This document shows positions 16,549 through 28,885 of a DNA stretch of 64,000 nucleotides, piece by piece. Where the stretch lies: NCBI RefSeq assembly GCF_024298765.1, contig NZ_CP101210.1. One strand, 5' to 3'. Positions within the stretch are counted from its first letter, which is position 1, and the number at the start of each line of letters is the position of its first letter. The DNA comes from Escherichia coli. GTDB taxonomy: Bacteria; Pseudomonadota; Gammaproteobacteria; Enterobacterales; Enterobacteriaceae. Under the pieces are notes generated by a model. It saw only the letters and a list, made by a program, of their open reading frames with translations. It was not told the origin of the DNA and searched no databases. A program made the position numbers and the translations under genes.

Positions 16549-16746
16549 TATTCTACGTACCTTCAGCGATGAAGGTATGGAAGAGGTGGCGGTAATAACC
16601 GCAGGCACCAGGGAGGATAACGTTGCTTTAGCAACGGCCCGAAGGGCGAGCCGCAAGGCGAGTAATCCTCCCGGATGCACCATCTCTTACTTGATAGGGC
16701 TTTAGTAGCGGTATCAAAAAATCTGCAGTAAAGTAAGTTTCCCGAT
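16549..16746 (+). repeat. tRNA-cluster spacer repeat ending in a duplicated tRNA-Arg 3' end
   Basis: Hairpins cttcagcgatgaag and gttgctttagcaac, then cctcccggatgcacca without a preceding tRNA body; near-identical copy at 17103-17236. Confidence 0.7.
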
Positions 16747-16823
16747 GCATCCGTAGCTCAGCTGGATAGAGTACTCGGCTACGAACCGAGCGGTCGGAGG
16801 TTCGAATCCTCCCGGATGCACCA
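16747..16823 (+). tRNA. argY: tRNA-Arg (anticodon ACG), copy 2
   Basis: Identical 77-nt tRNA-Arg sequence. Confidence 0.92.
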
Positions 16824-16885
16824 TCTCTTACTTGATATGGCTTTAGTAGCGGTATCAATATCAGCAGTAAAATAAATTTTCCGAT

Positions 16886-16962
16886 GCATCCGTAGCTCAG
16901 CTGGATAGAGTACTCGGCTACGAACCGAGCGGTCGGAGGTTCGAATCCTCCCGGATGCACCA
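16886..16962 (+). tRNA. argZ: tRNA-Arg (anticodon ACG), copy 3
   Basis: Identical 77-nt tRNA-Arg sequence. Confidence 0.92.
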
Positions 16963-17025
16963 TCTCTTACTTGATATGGCCTTAGTAGCGATATCAATAT
17001 CAGCAGTAAAATAAATTTTCCCGAT

Positions 17026-17102
17026 GCATCCGTAGCTCAGCTGGATAGAGTACTCGGCTACGAACCGAGCGGTCGGAGGTTCGAATCCTCCCGGATGCAC
17101 CA
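17026..17102 (+). tRNA. argQ: tRNA-Arg (anticodon ACG), copy 4
   Basis: Identical 77-nt tRNA-Arg sequence. Confidence 0.92.
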
Positions 17103-17236
17103 TATTATCCGAAATCTTCAGCAATGAAGATATCGAAGAGGTAGCGGTATTAACCGCAGGCACCAGGGAGGATAACGTTGCTTTAGCAACGGCCCGAAGG
17201 GCGAGCCGCAAGGCGAGTAATCCTCCCGGATGCACC
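17103..17236 (+). repeat. Second copy of the tRNA-cluster spacer repeat
   Basis: Near-identical to 16549-16690 including the terminal cctcccggatgcacca. Confidence 0.7.
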
Positions 17237-17384
17237 ATCTTCTCCAAAAAATTTCCTTCAAAAATATCTCATTTCTAAATAACTACTTTATCCATTTCCT
17301 GAATTTTCTTCTCCTTCGCCATCAGCGACAAAATCAAGCAATTACGCTAAAGTAGCGTCATATTTTTCGACTTGCGAGAAGACC

Positions 17385-17951
17385 ATGTACGAGCGTTATG
17401 CAGGTTTAATTTTTGATATGGATGGCACAATCCTGGATACGGAGCCTACGCACCGTAAAGCGTGGCGCGAAGTATTAGGGCACTACGGTCTTCAGTACGA
17501 TGTTCAGGCGATGATTGCGCTTAATGGCTCGCCCACCTGGCGTATTGCTCAGGCAATTATTGAGCTGAATCAGGCCGATCTCGACCCGCATGCGTTAGCG
17601 CGTGAAAAAACAGAAGCAGTAAGAAGTATGCTGCTGGATAGTGTCGAGCCGCTTCCTCTTGTTGAAGTGGTGAAAAGCTGGCATGGTCGTCGCCCAATGG
17701 CTGTAGGAACGGGGAGTGAAAGCGCCATCGCTGAGGCATTGCTGGCACACCTGGGATTACGCCGTTATTTTGACGCCGTCGTCGCTGCCGATCACGTCAA
17801 ACACCATAAACCCGCGCCAGACACATTTTTGTTGTGCGCGCAGCGTATGGGCGTGCAACCGACGCAGTGTGTGGTCTTTGAAGATGCCGATTTCGGTATT
17901 CAGGCGGCCCGTGCAGCAGGCATGGACGCCGTGGATGTTCGCTTGCTGTGA
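17385..17951 (+). CDS. yqaB: HAD-family sugar phosphatase YqaB
   Basis: 188-aa ORF; HAD motif I in LIFDMDGTILDTE; synteny. Confidence 0.88.
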   Translation: MYERYAGLIFDMDGTILDTEPTHRKAWREVLGHYGLQYDVQAMIALNGSPTWRIAQAIIELNQADLDPHALAREKTEAVRSMLLDSVEPLPLVEVVKSWHGRRPMAVGTGSESAIAEALLAHLGLRRYFDAVVAADHVKHHKPAPDTFLLCAQRMGVQPTQCVVFEDADFGIQAARAAGMDAVDVRLL

Positions 17952-18376
17952 GTGAAGCGTTATCGCTTTTCTCGTTGTTTGCCAGTAGTTTTCTCAGCGC
18001 TACACTATTACCCGGCAACTCCGAAGTCGTGCTGGTGGCAATGTTGCTTTCCGGGATCAGTCATCCCTGGGTTTTAGTTTTAACAGCAACAATGGGTAAT
18101 AGCCTTGGAGGGTTAACTAACGTTATCCTTGGGCGTTTCTTTCCATTGCGTAAAACATCGCGCTGGCAAGAGAAAGCTACCGGCTGGCTGAAACGCTATG
18201 GTGCAGTCACACTATTATTAAGCTGGATGCCCGTGGTTGGCGATTTACTGTGTCTGTTAGCGGGATGGATGCGCATCTCCTGGGGGCCGGTAATCTTTTT
18301 TTTGTGCCTTGGTAAAGCGTTACGCTATGTTGCAGTTGCAGCAGCGACCGTTCAGGGCATGATGTGGTGGCACTAA
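17948..18376 (+). CDS. yqaA: DedA/SNARE-associated family inner membrane protein YqaA
   Basis: 142-aa hydrophobic ORF overlapping the yqaB stop; synteny. Confidence 0.85.
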   Translation: MSEALSLFSLFASSFLSATLLPGNSEVVLVAMLLSGISHPWVLVLTATMGNSLGGLTNVILGRFFPLRKTSRWQEKATGWLKRYGAVTLLLSWMPVVGDLLCLLAGWMRISWGPVIFFLCLGKALRYVAVAAATVQGMMWWH

Positions 18377-18421
18377 TTGTAGGCCTGCACATATGGTCAC
18401 CATTACAGTTATGCTAATTAA

Positions 18422-20005
<1,584 letters not shown>

Positions 20006-20013
20006 CAGAAAAG

Positions 20014-20086
20014 AAAAAGGCCACTCGTGAGTGGCCAAAATTTCATCTCTGAATTCAGGGATGATGATAACAAATGCGCGTCTTTC
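20014..20086 (-). ncRNA. micA: MicA (SraD) small regulatory RNA
   Basis: Reverse strand reads GAAAGACGCGCATTTGTTATCATCATCCCTGAATTCAGAGATGAAATTTTGGCCACTCACGAGTGGCCTTTTT with terminal hairpin; lies between gshA and luxS. Confidence 0.9.
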
Positions 20087-20154
20087 ATATACTCAGACTC
20101 GCCTGGGAAGAAAGAGTTCAGAAAATTTTTAAAAAAATTACCGGAGGTGGCTAA

Positions 20155-20670
20155 ATGCCGTTGTTAGATAGCTTCACAGTCGATCATACCCGGATGGAAG
20201 CGCCTGCAGTTCGGGTGGCGAAAACAATGAACACCCCGCATGGCGACGCAATCACCGTGTTCGATCTGCGCTTCTGCGTGCCGAACAAAGAAGTGATGCC
20301 AGAAAGAGGGATCCATACCCTGGAGCACCTGTTTGCTGGTTTTATGCGTAACCATCTTAACGGTAATGGTGTAGAGATTATCGATATCTCGCCAATGGGC
20401 TGCCGCACCGGTTTTTATATGAGTCTGATTGGTACGCCAGATGAGCAGCGTGTCGCTGATGCCTGGAAAGCGGCAATGGAAGACGTGCTGAAAGTGCAGG
20501 ATCAGAATCAGATCCCGGAACTGAACGTCTACCAGTGTGGCACTTACCAGATGCACTCGTTGCAGGAAGCGCAGGATATTGCGCGTAACATTCTGGAACG
20601 TGACGTGCGCATCAACAGCAACGAAGAACTGGCGCTGCCGAAAGAGAAGTTGCAGGAACTGCACATTTAG
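20155..20670 (+). CDS. luxS: S-ribosylhomocysteine lyase LuxS
   Basis: 171-aa [17 protein letters not shown]...; HxxEH metal motif. Confidence 0.96.
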   Translation: MPLLDSFTVDHTRMEAPAVRVAKTMNTPHGDAITVFDLRFCVPNKEVMPERGIHTLEHLFAGFMRNHLNGNGVEIIDISPMGCRTGFYMSLIGTPDEQRVADAWKAAMEDVLKVQDQNQIPELNVYQCGTYQMHSLQEAQDIARNILERDVRINSNEELALPKEKLQELHI

Positions 20671-20696
20671 TCAGTAAACTATCTTCACAATTAATT

Positions 20697-20730
20697 GAAA
20701 AAAGCCAGTTCAAATGAACTGGCTTAGTTG
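20697..20730 (-). terminator. Rho-independent terminator of emrRAB (possibly bidirectional with luxS)
   Basis: Hairpin gccagttcaaatgaactggc flanked by an A-tract (T-tract on the reverse strand). Confidence 0.6.
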
Positions 20731-20733
20731 TAC

Positions 20734-22272
20734 TTAGTGCGCACCACCTCCGCCGCCACCTGCGCCAAATGGCGGTTTAGCAAACCACACCAGCCCCAGC
20801 AAGACGAGGAATATCCCGGCTGACATCCAGAAGATCTCATTAGCGGAAATAATCAGCCCCTGATTGGTTATCTGCTGGGCAATCCAGCCTGATGCCTGCT
20901 GTTGCGTCATACCAAGCCCTTCCAGTTGACTGTACATCGCCTGAGCATTCGGGTTGAACGGATTTACCGACTCAGTCAACTGCGCATGGTGCATCGACTC
21001 GCGGTTGGTCCACATGGTGGTGGTGATGGATGTGCCGATAGACCCCGCCAGCGTTCGCGTAAAGTTAGAGAGGCTCGATGCCGCCGCCAGTCGTTCCGGT
21101 GGCAAACCAGACAGCGTAATGGTGGTCAGCGGCATAAAGAAGCAGGCCACCGCAAACCCCTGGATAAACTGCGGCCAGGCCGACGCGCCAAAATCCATAC
21201 CTGGTTCAAAGGTATAGGCACGCCAGTAGAAGCAGACGGCATACATAATAAAGCTGAAGGTTACCAGCCGCCGCATATCCAGTTTATGCGCGAAGCGGCC
21301 GATAATCGGCGACAGGATCACCGGAATAATTCCTACCGGCGCAGAGGCCAGACCTGCCCACGTTGCCGTGTAACCGTAGACCTCCTGCAACAACTGCGGC
21401 AGCAGAACAATAGCGCCGAAGTAGAGCATATACGCGAGGCTGATACACAAACAGCCGATGGTGAAGTTGCGCGACTTAAACAACGACAGATCGACTATCG
21501 GGTTATCGTCGGTCAGCTCCCAGACAATCAGGAAGCAGATAGCCACCACTGCCACCACGGTAAGGATGATAATTTCCTGTGATGAGAACCAGTCCAGCTC
21601 TTTACCGCGGTCGAGCATAATCTGCAGGCTACCGATACCAATAACCAGCAGTGCCAGCCCCACGGCATCAATCCGCCGCCGTTCGGTGCGGGTTTCGCGT
21701 CCGCGCAGGGTTTGCAGTGTCATCAACACCACCGCCACGCCAATCGGTACGTTGATGAAGAATATCCAGCCCCAGTGGTAATTATCGCTGATATACCCGC
21801 CGAGGATCGGGCCGCAAATTGGCGCGACAATCACCGTCATCGACCACAACGCCAGCGCGATCGAGCGTTTGGCTGGCGGGTAGTTATTCAGCAATAGACT
21901 TTGCGAAAGCGGAATTAACGGCCCGGCGACAATCCCCTGAATCACGCGGAAGAAGATCAGCATATTCAGGCTGCTGGAGACACCACACGCCCACGACGCA
22001 ATAGCAAAGGCGATGGTGGACCAGAGGAACAGTTTCACTTCCCCGACGCGCTTTGCCAGCCAGCCGGTAAGCGGGATCGAGATGGCATTCGCCACCCCGA
22101 AAGAAGTGATTACCCACGTTCCCTGGCTGAGCGATGAGCCCAGATTCCCGGCGATAGTGGGGATCGCCACGTTAGCAATGGTGGAGTCCAGCACCTGCAT
22201 GAATGTCGCCAGTGACAGCGCAATCGTCATAATGACCAGTTGCGCGCCTTCCAGCGGTTTTTGCTGTTGCAT
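20734..22272 (-). CDS. emrB: Multidrug efflux MFS transporter EmrB
   Basis: ORF 515 aa; 512 aa from MQQQKPLEG; 14-TMS-like hydrophobicity; C-terminal polyglycine. Confidence 0.93.
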   Translation of the reverse strand: MQQQKPLEGAQLVIMTIALSLATFMQVLDSTIANVAIPTIAGNLGSSLSQGTWVITSFGVANAISIPLTGWLAKRVGEVKLFLWSTIAFAIASWACGVSSSLNMLIFFRVIQGIVAGPLIPLSQSLLLNNYPPAKRSIALALWSMTVIVAPICGPILGGYISDNYHWGWIFFINVPIGVAVVLMTLQTLRGRETRTERRRIDAVGLALLVIGIGSLQIMLDRGKELDWFSSQEIIILTVVAVVAICFLIVWELTDDNPIVDLSLFKSRNFTIGCLCISLAYMLYFGAIVLLPQLLQEVYGYTATWAGLASAPVGIIPVILSPIIGRFAHKLDMRRLVTFSFIMYAVCFYWRAYTFEPGMDFGASAWPQFIQGFAVACFFMPLTTITLSGLPPERLAAASSLSNFTRTLAGSIGTSITTTMWTNRESMHHAQLTESVNPFNPNAQAMYSQLEGLGMTQQQASGWIAQQITNQGLIISANEIFWMSAGIFLVLLGLVWFAKPPFGAGGGGGGAH

Positions 22273-22288
22273 CACACGCACCTCTGGA

Positions 22289-23461
22289 TTAGCCAGCGTT
22301 AGCTTTTACGATATCGTCGATCAGTTTATTGACAGGTGCCAGGCTGATTTCACGCGCGGTGCTTACCGCTACCGGTGTGGAACGTACTTTATTTGCCAGT
22401 ACCTGACCGTCACGGTTAGTGGTATTGACGCTCACCAGCGTGGATAAACCGATACGCAGCGGGTATTGCTCCAGCTGTTTCTGGTCCAGTTCAATACGAA
22501 CAGGCAGACGCTGAACGACTTTGATCCAGTTACCGGTGGCGTTTTGCGCCGGAAGCAGTGAGAACGCGCTACCTGTGCCCATATCCAGACCAACCACTTT
22601 ACCGGTGTATTTCACATCATCGCCGTAAATATCGGTGGTGATGGTGACCGGTTGACCGATACGCATATTGGCAATCTGCGTCTCTTTAAAGTTGGCATCC
22701 ACCCACATATTGGTGGCTGGAACGACCGCCATCAGCGGCGTCGTTGGGCTAATTTGCGCCCCAGGCTGTACCGCGCGGCGGGAGACATAACCGGTCATCG
22801 GACTGACAATACGGGTACGCTCCAGCGCCAGCCAGGCGTTACGTACTTCGGTGGCAGCCTGTTGTACGGCAGGCTGATCTTCCAGTTTAGTCCCCAGAAT
22901 CATCGCCTGATTGGCATTGTATTGTTGAATAGCGACGTCCAGTTGCGCCTGGGCACTGGTGACGGCGTCGCGGGCGTGTTGCAACTCTTCGCGACCAATC
23001 AGGTTGGCATTGCCCAGCGGCACACGGCGGTTGTAGTCGCTTTGTGCTTTCGCGAGGGCGATTTTTTGCACCTCAATATTCGCCTGCAACTGTTTGCTGT
23101 TAATCATCAGCTGGTGGGTTTGGCGAACGCTGGAAGCCAGTGCAGTTTTGGCTTTTTCAAACGCCTGGCGAGCATCTGTCGGGTCGAGAGTGACCAGCAC
23201 ATCGCCTTCTTTTACAAAATCGGTGTTATCGGCCCAGACTTTCGTCACGCTGCCAGACACCTGAGACATAATTTGAATCTGATTCCCTGCCACGTATGCG
23301 TCATCAGTTTCTTCGAAATGACGCAGTACCAAAAACCAATAAATCCCTATCGCTACGGCAATAATTATAAAGAGCAAGGTGAGAAGGAGGAGCAGACGCT
23401 TACGTTTGCCGCTCTTCTTTACCGGTTGCTGCGGGGTTTGAGTCTCCGCATTTGCGCTCAT
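22289..23461 (-). CDS. emrA: Multidrug efflux membrane fusion protein EmrA
   Basis: ORF 394 aa; 390 aa from MSANAETQ; single N-terminal TM then coiled-coil/barrel periplasmic adaptor. Confidence 0.93.
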   Translation of the reverse strand: MSANAETQTPQQPVKKSGKRKRLLLLLTLLFIIIAVAIGIYWFLVLRHFEETDDAYVAGNQIQIMSQVSGSVTKVWADNTDFVKEGDVLVTLDPTDARQAFEKAKTALASSVRQTHQLMINSKQLQANIEVQKIALAKAQSDYNRRVPLGNANLIGREELQHARDAVTSAQAQLDVAIQQYNANQAMILGTKLEDQPAVQQAATEVRNAWLALERTRIVSPMTGYVSRRAVQPGAQISPTTPLMAVVPATNMWVDANFKETQIANMRIGQPVTITTDIYGDDVKYTGKVVGLDMGTGSAFSLLPAQNATGNWIKVVQRLPVRIELDQKQLEQYPLRIGLSTLVSVNTTNRDGQVLANKVRSTPVAVSTAREISLAPVNKLIDDIVKANAG

Positions 23462-23587
23462 ATTGTTCTCCACGATCTTCTTAACTCATCGGCTGAGCCG
23501 ACCTGCTTGCCAAAAAGGCCAGCATGTTGCGATGCTGGCCAGTCATTTTTTCTTTTATAAATCTGGATTTTTGAGCGAGATGACGCG

Positions 23588-24118
23588 TTAGCTCATCGCT
23601 TCGAGAACCACACCGTCTTGTTCCATCTGGTCGAGACGGGAGAGCAATTTGCGGGTGATTTGCTCGAGCTGATCTTTTTCTGTTGTGCTGAGCGCGGACC
23701 AGAGTTGATGCAGGCAGTTATGCTGCGGTGGTAAAACCTCGCGCAAAAACTCGTGACCTTTTTCCGTTAATTGCAGATGCAGGCAGCGGCGATCGTTATC
23801 GCTTTCACGACGTTCGATCCAACCGCGTTTTTCCAGTTCATCGGCAATACGCGTCGCGTTGGTACGGGATGATCCAAGAGCACAACTCAATTCAGAAGGC
23901 TGAATACTGTGGTTTTCCTGAGACTCCAGCGTAATCAACGCCATAAACAACGTCTCGTTAATCCCCTGAGCCTTCAGCATTTTATTGCGGTTCTCCAGCA
24001 GCTTGCTTTGCATGTGCATGCAAAGACGAGTCAGAAGGATCTCCTGATAAGGAAAATCTTCGTGGCGGCTGGCGCGAAATTTTAGCATTTGTTCAATGGG
24101 CGTAAACGAACTATCCAT
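23588..24118 (-). CDS. mprA: MarR-family repressor EmrR (MprA)
   Basis: 176-aa ORF upstream of emrA; winged-helix MarR-like. Confidence 0.9.
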
Positions 24119-24208
24119 TTGGGTATGACCTCATTAATTTCAGCCGATATAGTAACGACAGTGACAAATAAAGTAAATGTATTGTTTTAGAAAAATGATT
24201 CTTGTGGG

Positions 24209-24544
24209 TTATATAATCGCCATCACTTTCCAGGCGAGCCCGTAGGCCAGCGCACTAAGCAGTGTTGGGATGATAATGCTGCGTGTTTTATAGAAACTGG
24301 CACCCAGTACCGCGAAGCCGACCAGCGTGGGCACGAAACGGCGTGTATCGTGCATCACTTCTGGTGCGGTAGAGACAACCAGCAGAGCGCATATCGAGGC
24401 GATGCCAATGGTGTCGAGCAATATGCCTATCGCGCCACGTTTGGTTGGGCGGGCATTACCCACACGCAGGCGCAGCGGCAAATAGCGGAAGCAATAATTC
24501 GCCGTGCCAACCAGTAACCCAAGCAGCAGAACCTCATAGCTCAT
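24209..24544 (-). CDS. ygaH: L-valine exporter small subunit YgaH (AzlD family)
   Basis: 111-aa hydrophobic ORF overlapping the ygaZ stop. Confidence 0.85.
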   Translation of the reverse strand: MSYEVLLLGLLVGTANYCFRYLPLRLRVGNARPTKRGAIGILLDTIGIASICALLVVSTAPEVMHDTRRFVPTLVGFAVLGASFYKTRSIIIPTLLSALAYGLAWKVMAII

Positions 24545-25271
24545 CGGGCGCTCCTTGCCAGAATGCCTGGATTAACGCAGTGAGGCAGCCACAGACAATG
24601 CCTGCCAGAATGGCGACGGGAATAGAAAATAGCGTTACGCCTGCAAGGGCACCAACTAACGCTGCGGTAACGCAAAGAGATTGTTTGCGCTGGAAAGAGG
24701 CGAGCAGGAAACTCATAAAGAGTGCCGGAAGCATAAAACCTAATGCTGCTTCAACGGCGGGATATCCTTGCAGCAAGCCGCTGCCGGAGAATGCCCCTAT
24801 TACCGTACCAAATACCCACGATGACCATGAACTGAAGGCAATGCCGATCATCCAGTTCTCGCTCCAGCGGCGATTATTGCGTACCAGTTTTGCGGTTGCG
24901 GCGGCAAAAACCTCATCCGTCAGGCCAAATGCCCACAGGGCGGTTTTCGATTTTTGCAGACGCTGAATAATACGGCTACGCAGTGACGGGCCATACAAAA
25001 CATGGCGAACATCCATTGCCATGACGGTCAGTGCAGCAACCCACAAACTACTCCCGGCTGCCAGCATCGCGGTAATGACGAACTGGCTCGCGCCTGCATA
25101 AATGATGCAGGAGAAAAAAACGCTTTCGAGAGGAGAGAATCCCAGACGGGTCGCATTCAGACCGAACGCAAAGGCCACCGGAATATAACTAATAACAATC
25201 GGTAAACTGTCTTTGCATCCTTCCATGAAGGTCGCCGAACCAGGAGCAGGCTGTGGAGTAGGGCTTTCCAT
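24534..25271 (-). CDS. ygaZ: L-valine exporter subunit YgaZ (AzlC family)
   Basis: 245-aa membrane ORF; synteny. Confidence 0.85.
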   Translation of the reverse strand: MESPTPQPAPGSATFMEGCKDSLPIVISYIPVAFAFGLNATRLGFSPLESVFFSCIIYAGASQFVITAMLAAGSSLWVAALTVMAMDVRHVLYGPSLRSRIIQRLQKSKTALWAFGLTDEVFAAATAKLVRNNRRWSENWMIGIAFSSWSSWVFGTVIGAFSGSGLLQGYPAVEAALGFMLPALFMSFLLASFQRKQSLCVTAALVGALAGVTLFSIPVAILAGIVCGCLTALIQAFWQGAPDEL

Positions 25272-25394
25272 AGAGTGTACGCTTAACGATTGTTAATATT
25301 ATAAATAGACTGAATGAATATCTTAACCTTATCAGACTGATGGGCTTCTTAACACCCTTATAAGTGTAAAGCCACGAAAACGGTTGCTGATTGC

Positions 25395-26579
25395 TTAATT
25401 TGCGGCTTCCTGACGATGAAAACCTCGCCACCAGACCAGTAAGTTAACCAGGGCAATCGTCGCGCCAGCCAGACAAACGCCAGCCCAACCGCCATGTTGC
25501 CAGGCTGAGGCTGAAATTAGCGAACCGGCGGCACCGCCAATAAAGTAGCTGGTCATGTAACCTGCGGTCAGGCGATTACGCGCATCAGGGTGTATTCGAT
25601 AAATTACCGTCTGGTTAGTGATATGCACGCCCTGCACGGTGAGGTCCAGCACCAGGATGCCGATAATCAGCGCCAGTACGGAAGTGTGACCAAACCAGAT
25701 TGCCAGCCATGAAAGTAACAGCAGCAGCAGACCGAAAGTTGTGGTGTGGTGCGATTTGCCCTTATCGGCAAAACCGCCCGCCGGACGAGCACCCAACGCT
25801 CCGGCAGCTCCCGCAAGTCCAAACAGACCAATGACGCCATCGCTGTAGTTAAAAGGTGGAGCGGCAAGCAAAAAGGCCATTGAGGTCCAGAGAATGCTGA
25901 AGTTGGCAAAGGTCAGGCAGCCCAGCAACGCACGGGTGCGCAGGATCTTATCGCTGATAAACATGCTGAAAACGGAACCAAGCAACTGTGGGTAGTTGAG
26001 GTGGGTTTCTGATTTCATTTGTGGCAGACCACGCCATAATGCCAGCGTCATCAGTGCCATTAACACCGAGGCAACCCAAAAGACTGTGCGCCAGCCGCCG
26101 AGGTTTGCCAGCAACCCGGCAACGGTTCGTGCCAGCAAGATCCCCAACAGCAGACCGCTCATAATGGTGCCGACCACTTTGCCGCGTTTGTCCGGTGAAG
26201 CCAGCGTCGCTGCCAGCGGAACCAGAATTTGTGCCACGACCGAGAATAAACCGGTTAATGCCGTACCGAGGATCATCATCGCCAGCGACTGACTGCTGGC
26301 AGTGATTAACATGCCGCATGCCGCCAGTAAGGTCATCGAGACAATCAGGCGGCGGCGTTCAAACATATCACCGAGGGGAACAAGAAACAGCAGACCTGCG
26401 GCATAGCCCAACTGCGCGGCGGTAACAATAAAGCCTGCCGAACTGGCGGAAAGGGAAAAGTTACGCGCGATGGTGTCGAGCAATGGCTGGGCGTAATAGT
26501 TACTGGCTACCGCCAGGCCGGTGGCGATAGACATCAGCACGATCAGCGCCGGGCTAAGCTCATGATTAGGTTTAGTCAT
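25395..26579 (-). CDS. ygaY: MFS transporter YgaY (intact here)
   Basis: 394-aa uninterrupted ORF with MFS-type hydrophobicity; position matches ygaY. Confidence 0.8.
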   Translation of the reverse strand: MTKPNHELSPALIVLMSIATGLAVASNYYAQPLLDTIARNFSLSASSAGFIVTAAQLGYAAGLLFLVPLGDMFERRRLIVSMTLLAACGMLITASSQSLAMMILGTALTGLFSVVAQILVPLAATLASPDKRGKVVGTIMSGLLLGILLARTVAGLLANLGGWRTVFWVASVLMALMTLALWRGLPQMKSETHLNYPQLLGSVFSMFISDKILRTRALLGCLTFANFSILWTSMAFLLAAPPFNYSDGVIGLFGLAGAAGALGARPAGGFADKGKSHHTTTFGLLLLLLSWLAIWFGHTSVLALIIGILVLDLTVQGVHITNQTVIYRIHPDARNRLTAGYMTSYFIGGAAGSLISASAWQHGGWAGVCLAGATIALVNLLVWWRGFHRQEAAN

Positions 26580-26687
26580 TATTTTTGTTCATCAGGTGAT
26601 GATTAAGCTGGAAATCAATAATAGCGGATGTTGATGAATATGGGATGAAAGATAGATTGTTGAAATGTGCGGTGTGGTTTGTAGGTA

Positions 26688-26760
26688 TGATAAGACGCAC
26701 CAGCGTCGCATCAGGCATTGTGTACAGAGCGGCGGATGAGGCAAAAACGCCTTATCCGCC
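26688..26760. repeat. REP/BIME palindromic elements
   Basis: tgataagacgcaccagcgtcgcatcaggc and ggcggatgaggcaaaaacgccttatccgcc between ygaY and proX. Confidence 0.7.
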
Positions 26761-26770
26761 CGAATAAAAA

Positions 26771-27763
26771 TTACTTCTGCGCTGCCAGCGCCTCATTCAC
26801 CCAGCCATCGAACTGCTGCTGGTGGGCTTTGATCCAGCCATCAACGTGGCCCTGAATATCGCCTTCTGAGGCTTTGCCGTCATGCATAATGGCGTTCTGG
26901 GCGTTAATATCAGCCACTGGTAACTGCATAATGGCAAACAGTTTCGCTGCTGCCGGGTTTTTCTCGGCCCAGGCTTTGTTGGCAACGATATGCATGGTAC
27001 TGACCGGGAAGCCGTAATTCGCGCCATTCGGCAGTTTGGTATCGGCATTTTTATCGCCCGGCAGTGCGGAGAACGGCACCTGCAACCAGACCACATCTTT
27101 CCCCGGTTTCAGTTCGTTACTCACCCAGTACGGCGTCCAGGTGTAGTAAAACACCGGCTTACCCTCTTTGTAACGACTGATGGTGTCAGCCATCATCGCT
27201 GCGTAGTTCCCCTGATTATGCGTCACGGTATTGGTCAGTCCATACGCGGCAAGCTGGTGGTTGATCGCACCTTCGCAGCCCCAGCCTGGGTTACAGCCGG
27301 TTAAATCCGCTTTACCGTCGCCGTTGGTATCGAACAGTTTGGCGATCTTCGGATCTTTAAGTTGCGCGATGTTGGTAATTTTGTACTGGTCGGCAGTTTT
27401 CTTATCGATCAGGTAACCCTGTGCCGCGCCGTTAACAAATACTCCTTCACGATAAAATTTCTTATCGCCACCGGCAGCTTCGTACATGTTGTCATGCAGT
27501 GGCGTCCAGTTCACTGCGGTGAAGGTTGCATCGCCGGAAGCAAGCGAGGTGTAGCCAACGTTGTAATCCACTTCGCTGGGTTTATTGACGGTATAACCTA
27601 ATTTCTCCAGCGCGCGGCTGACCAGCAGCGTCTGGAAAGTTTCTTCGGTGATGGTGCTCTGAACCGGATTAACAGTAATGCCTTTGCCCGGCAGGTCGGC
27701 AGCAAAAGTTTGTGTAGAGATAAGCGTGGCAAACGCTGTCGCAAAAAGTACGCTATGTCGCAT
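26771..27763 (-). CDS. proX: Glycine betaine/proline ABC transporter periplasmic binding protein ProX
   Basis: ORF 26771-27805; start placed at [21 protein letters not shown] (signal peptide) to give 330 aa. Confidence 0.92.
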   Translation of the reverse strand: MRHSVLFATAFATLISTQTFAADLPGKGITVNPVQSTITEETFQTLLVSRALEKLGYTVNKPSEVDYNVGYTSLASGDATFTAVNWTPLHDNMYEAAGGDKKFYREGVFVNGAAQGYLIDKKTADQYKITNIAQLKDPKIAKLFDTNGDGKADLTGCNPGWGCEGAINHQLAAYGLTNTVTHNQGNYAAMMADTISRYKEGKPVFYYTWTPYWVSNELKPGKDVVWLQVPFSALPGDKNADTKLPNGANYGFPVSTMHIVANKAWAEKNPAAAKLFAIMQLPVADINAQNAIMHDGKASEGDIQGHVDGWIKAHQQQFDGWVNEALAAQK

Positions 27764-27820
27764 TGTTATTCCTTTTTTTGGCAGGGTGATAATGCCCGGC
27801 GTCACCGGGCAAGTGCAGAG

Positions 27821-28885
27821 TTACTTAATGAATGGGCGGGTCAGCAGACCGACAGGGCCAGTGGTGTACCAGCGACGGTTGCCGCGACTGCGTGAGTCGC
27901 GCCCAACGGCCTGCGTCAGGCGGTCGAGGATAATGGCGAGGATCACAATCCCGACGCCGCCAACGGTGGCAAGCCCCATATCCAGACGACCGATACCGCG
28001 AAGCACCATCTGACCCAGCCCGCCGACGGCAATCATCGAGGCGATGACCACCATAGAAAGGGCCAGCATCAGCGTCTGGTTAACGCCCGCCATAATGGTC
28101 GGCATCGCCAGCGGTAACTGAACTTTGAACAGCATCTGGCGCGGGCTGGCACCGAATGAGCGCGAGGCTTCAATCAGATCCGCCGGAACCTGGTTAATTC
28201 CCAGAATCGTCAGACGGATAATCGGCGGCAGAGCAAAGATGATCGTCACCACCACGCCCGGCACGTTACCGATACCAAACAGCATGACGATTGGTACCAG
28301 ATAAACAAACGCGGGCGTGGTCTGCATGGCATCAAGCAGTGGACGAATAATTTTCGCCGCTCGCGGACTTCTCGCCAGCCAGATCCCCAACGGCAAACCG
28401 ATGACGATACAGAACAGCAGGGCGGTTAGCACCAGCGCCAGAGTAACCATTGCCTGTGACCAGGCACCGATTGCGCCGATGGCAATCAGCGAAACCAGTG
28501 TCGCCACGCCCATTCCGACACCGGAAATTTGCCAGGCGATGAGAGCGAAAACGATAATCGCCACCGGAGCGGGCATACCCAGCAGCAATTGCTGGAAACC
28601 GTTGAGGATGTAATCAACCGGAACGCGCACGCCCTGAAAGACGGGACGAAAATGGGTAACGACCCAGTCGATCCCTTCAGTGACCCAACTGTCGAGCGGG
28701 ATCAGCGTTTTATGGAACGGATCGAGAATATTAAAATGCTCGACGTTTGGCGCAGGCGTACTGGTCAGCCAGTCAGCACCACCGCCGTCAGTCGGTGCAG
28801 CAGCCGGTGTACCCCAGGCGTCTGCGGACTGTGCGGCACTGTCCGCCGCTGGCGTGGTATCCCACGGATTATTTTGATCAGCCAT
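27821..28885 (-). CDS. proW: Glycine betaine/proline ABC transporter permease ProW
   Basis: 354-aa membrane ORF; synteny. Confidence 0.93.
   Translation of the reverse strand: MADQNNPWDTTPAADSAAQSADAWGTPAAAPTDGGGADWLTSTPAPNVEHFNILDPFHKTLIPLDSWVTEGIDWVVTHFRPVFQGVRVPVDYILNGFQQLLLGMPAPVAIIVFALIAWQISGVGMGVATLVSLIAIGAIGAWSQAMVTLALVLTALLFCIVIGLPLGIWLARSPRAAKIIRPLLDAMQTTPAFVYLVPIVMLFGIGNVPGVVVTIIFALPPIIRLTILGINQVPADLIEASRSFGASPRQMLFKVQLPLAMPTIMAGVNQTLMLALSMVVIASMIAVGGLGQMVLRGIGRLDMGLATVGGVGIVILAIILDRLTQAVGRDSRSRGNRRWYTTGPVGLLTRPFIK

Noticed and set aside
16376-17236. Regularly spaced repeats that could be mistaken for a CRISPR array
   Set aside because: The repeats are complete 77-nt tRNA-Arg genes with cloverleaf structure and the spacers are near-identical to each other; no cas genes nearby.
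16421-17247. ORFs 16421-16705 (+), 16628-16963 (-), 16779-16997 (-), 16918-17247 (-)
   Set aside because: They overlap the tRNA genes and repeated spacers and encode repetitive low-complexity peptides; artefacts of the repeat structure.
20902-21582. 226-aa plus-strand ORF inside emrB
   Set aside because: Antisense to emrB; Arg/His-rich low-complexity translation typical of the reverse frame of a GC-rich membrane protein gene.
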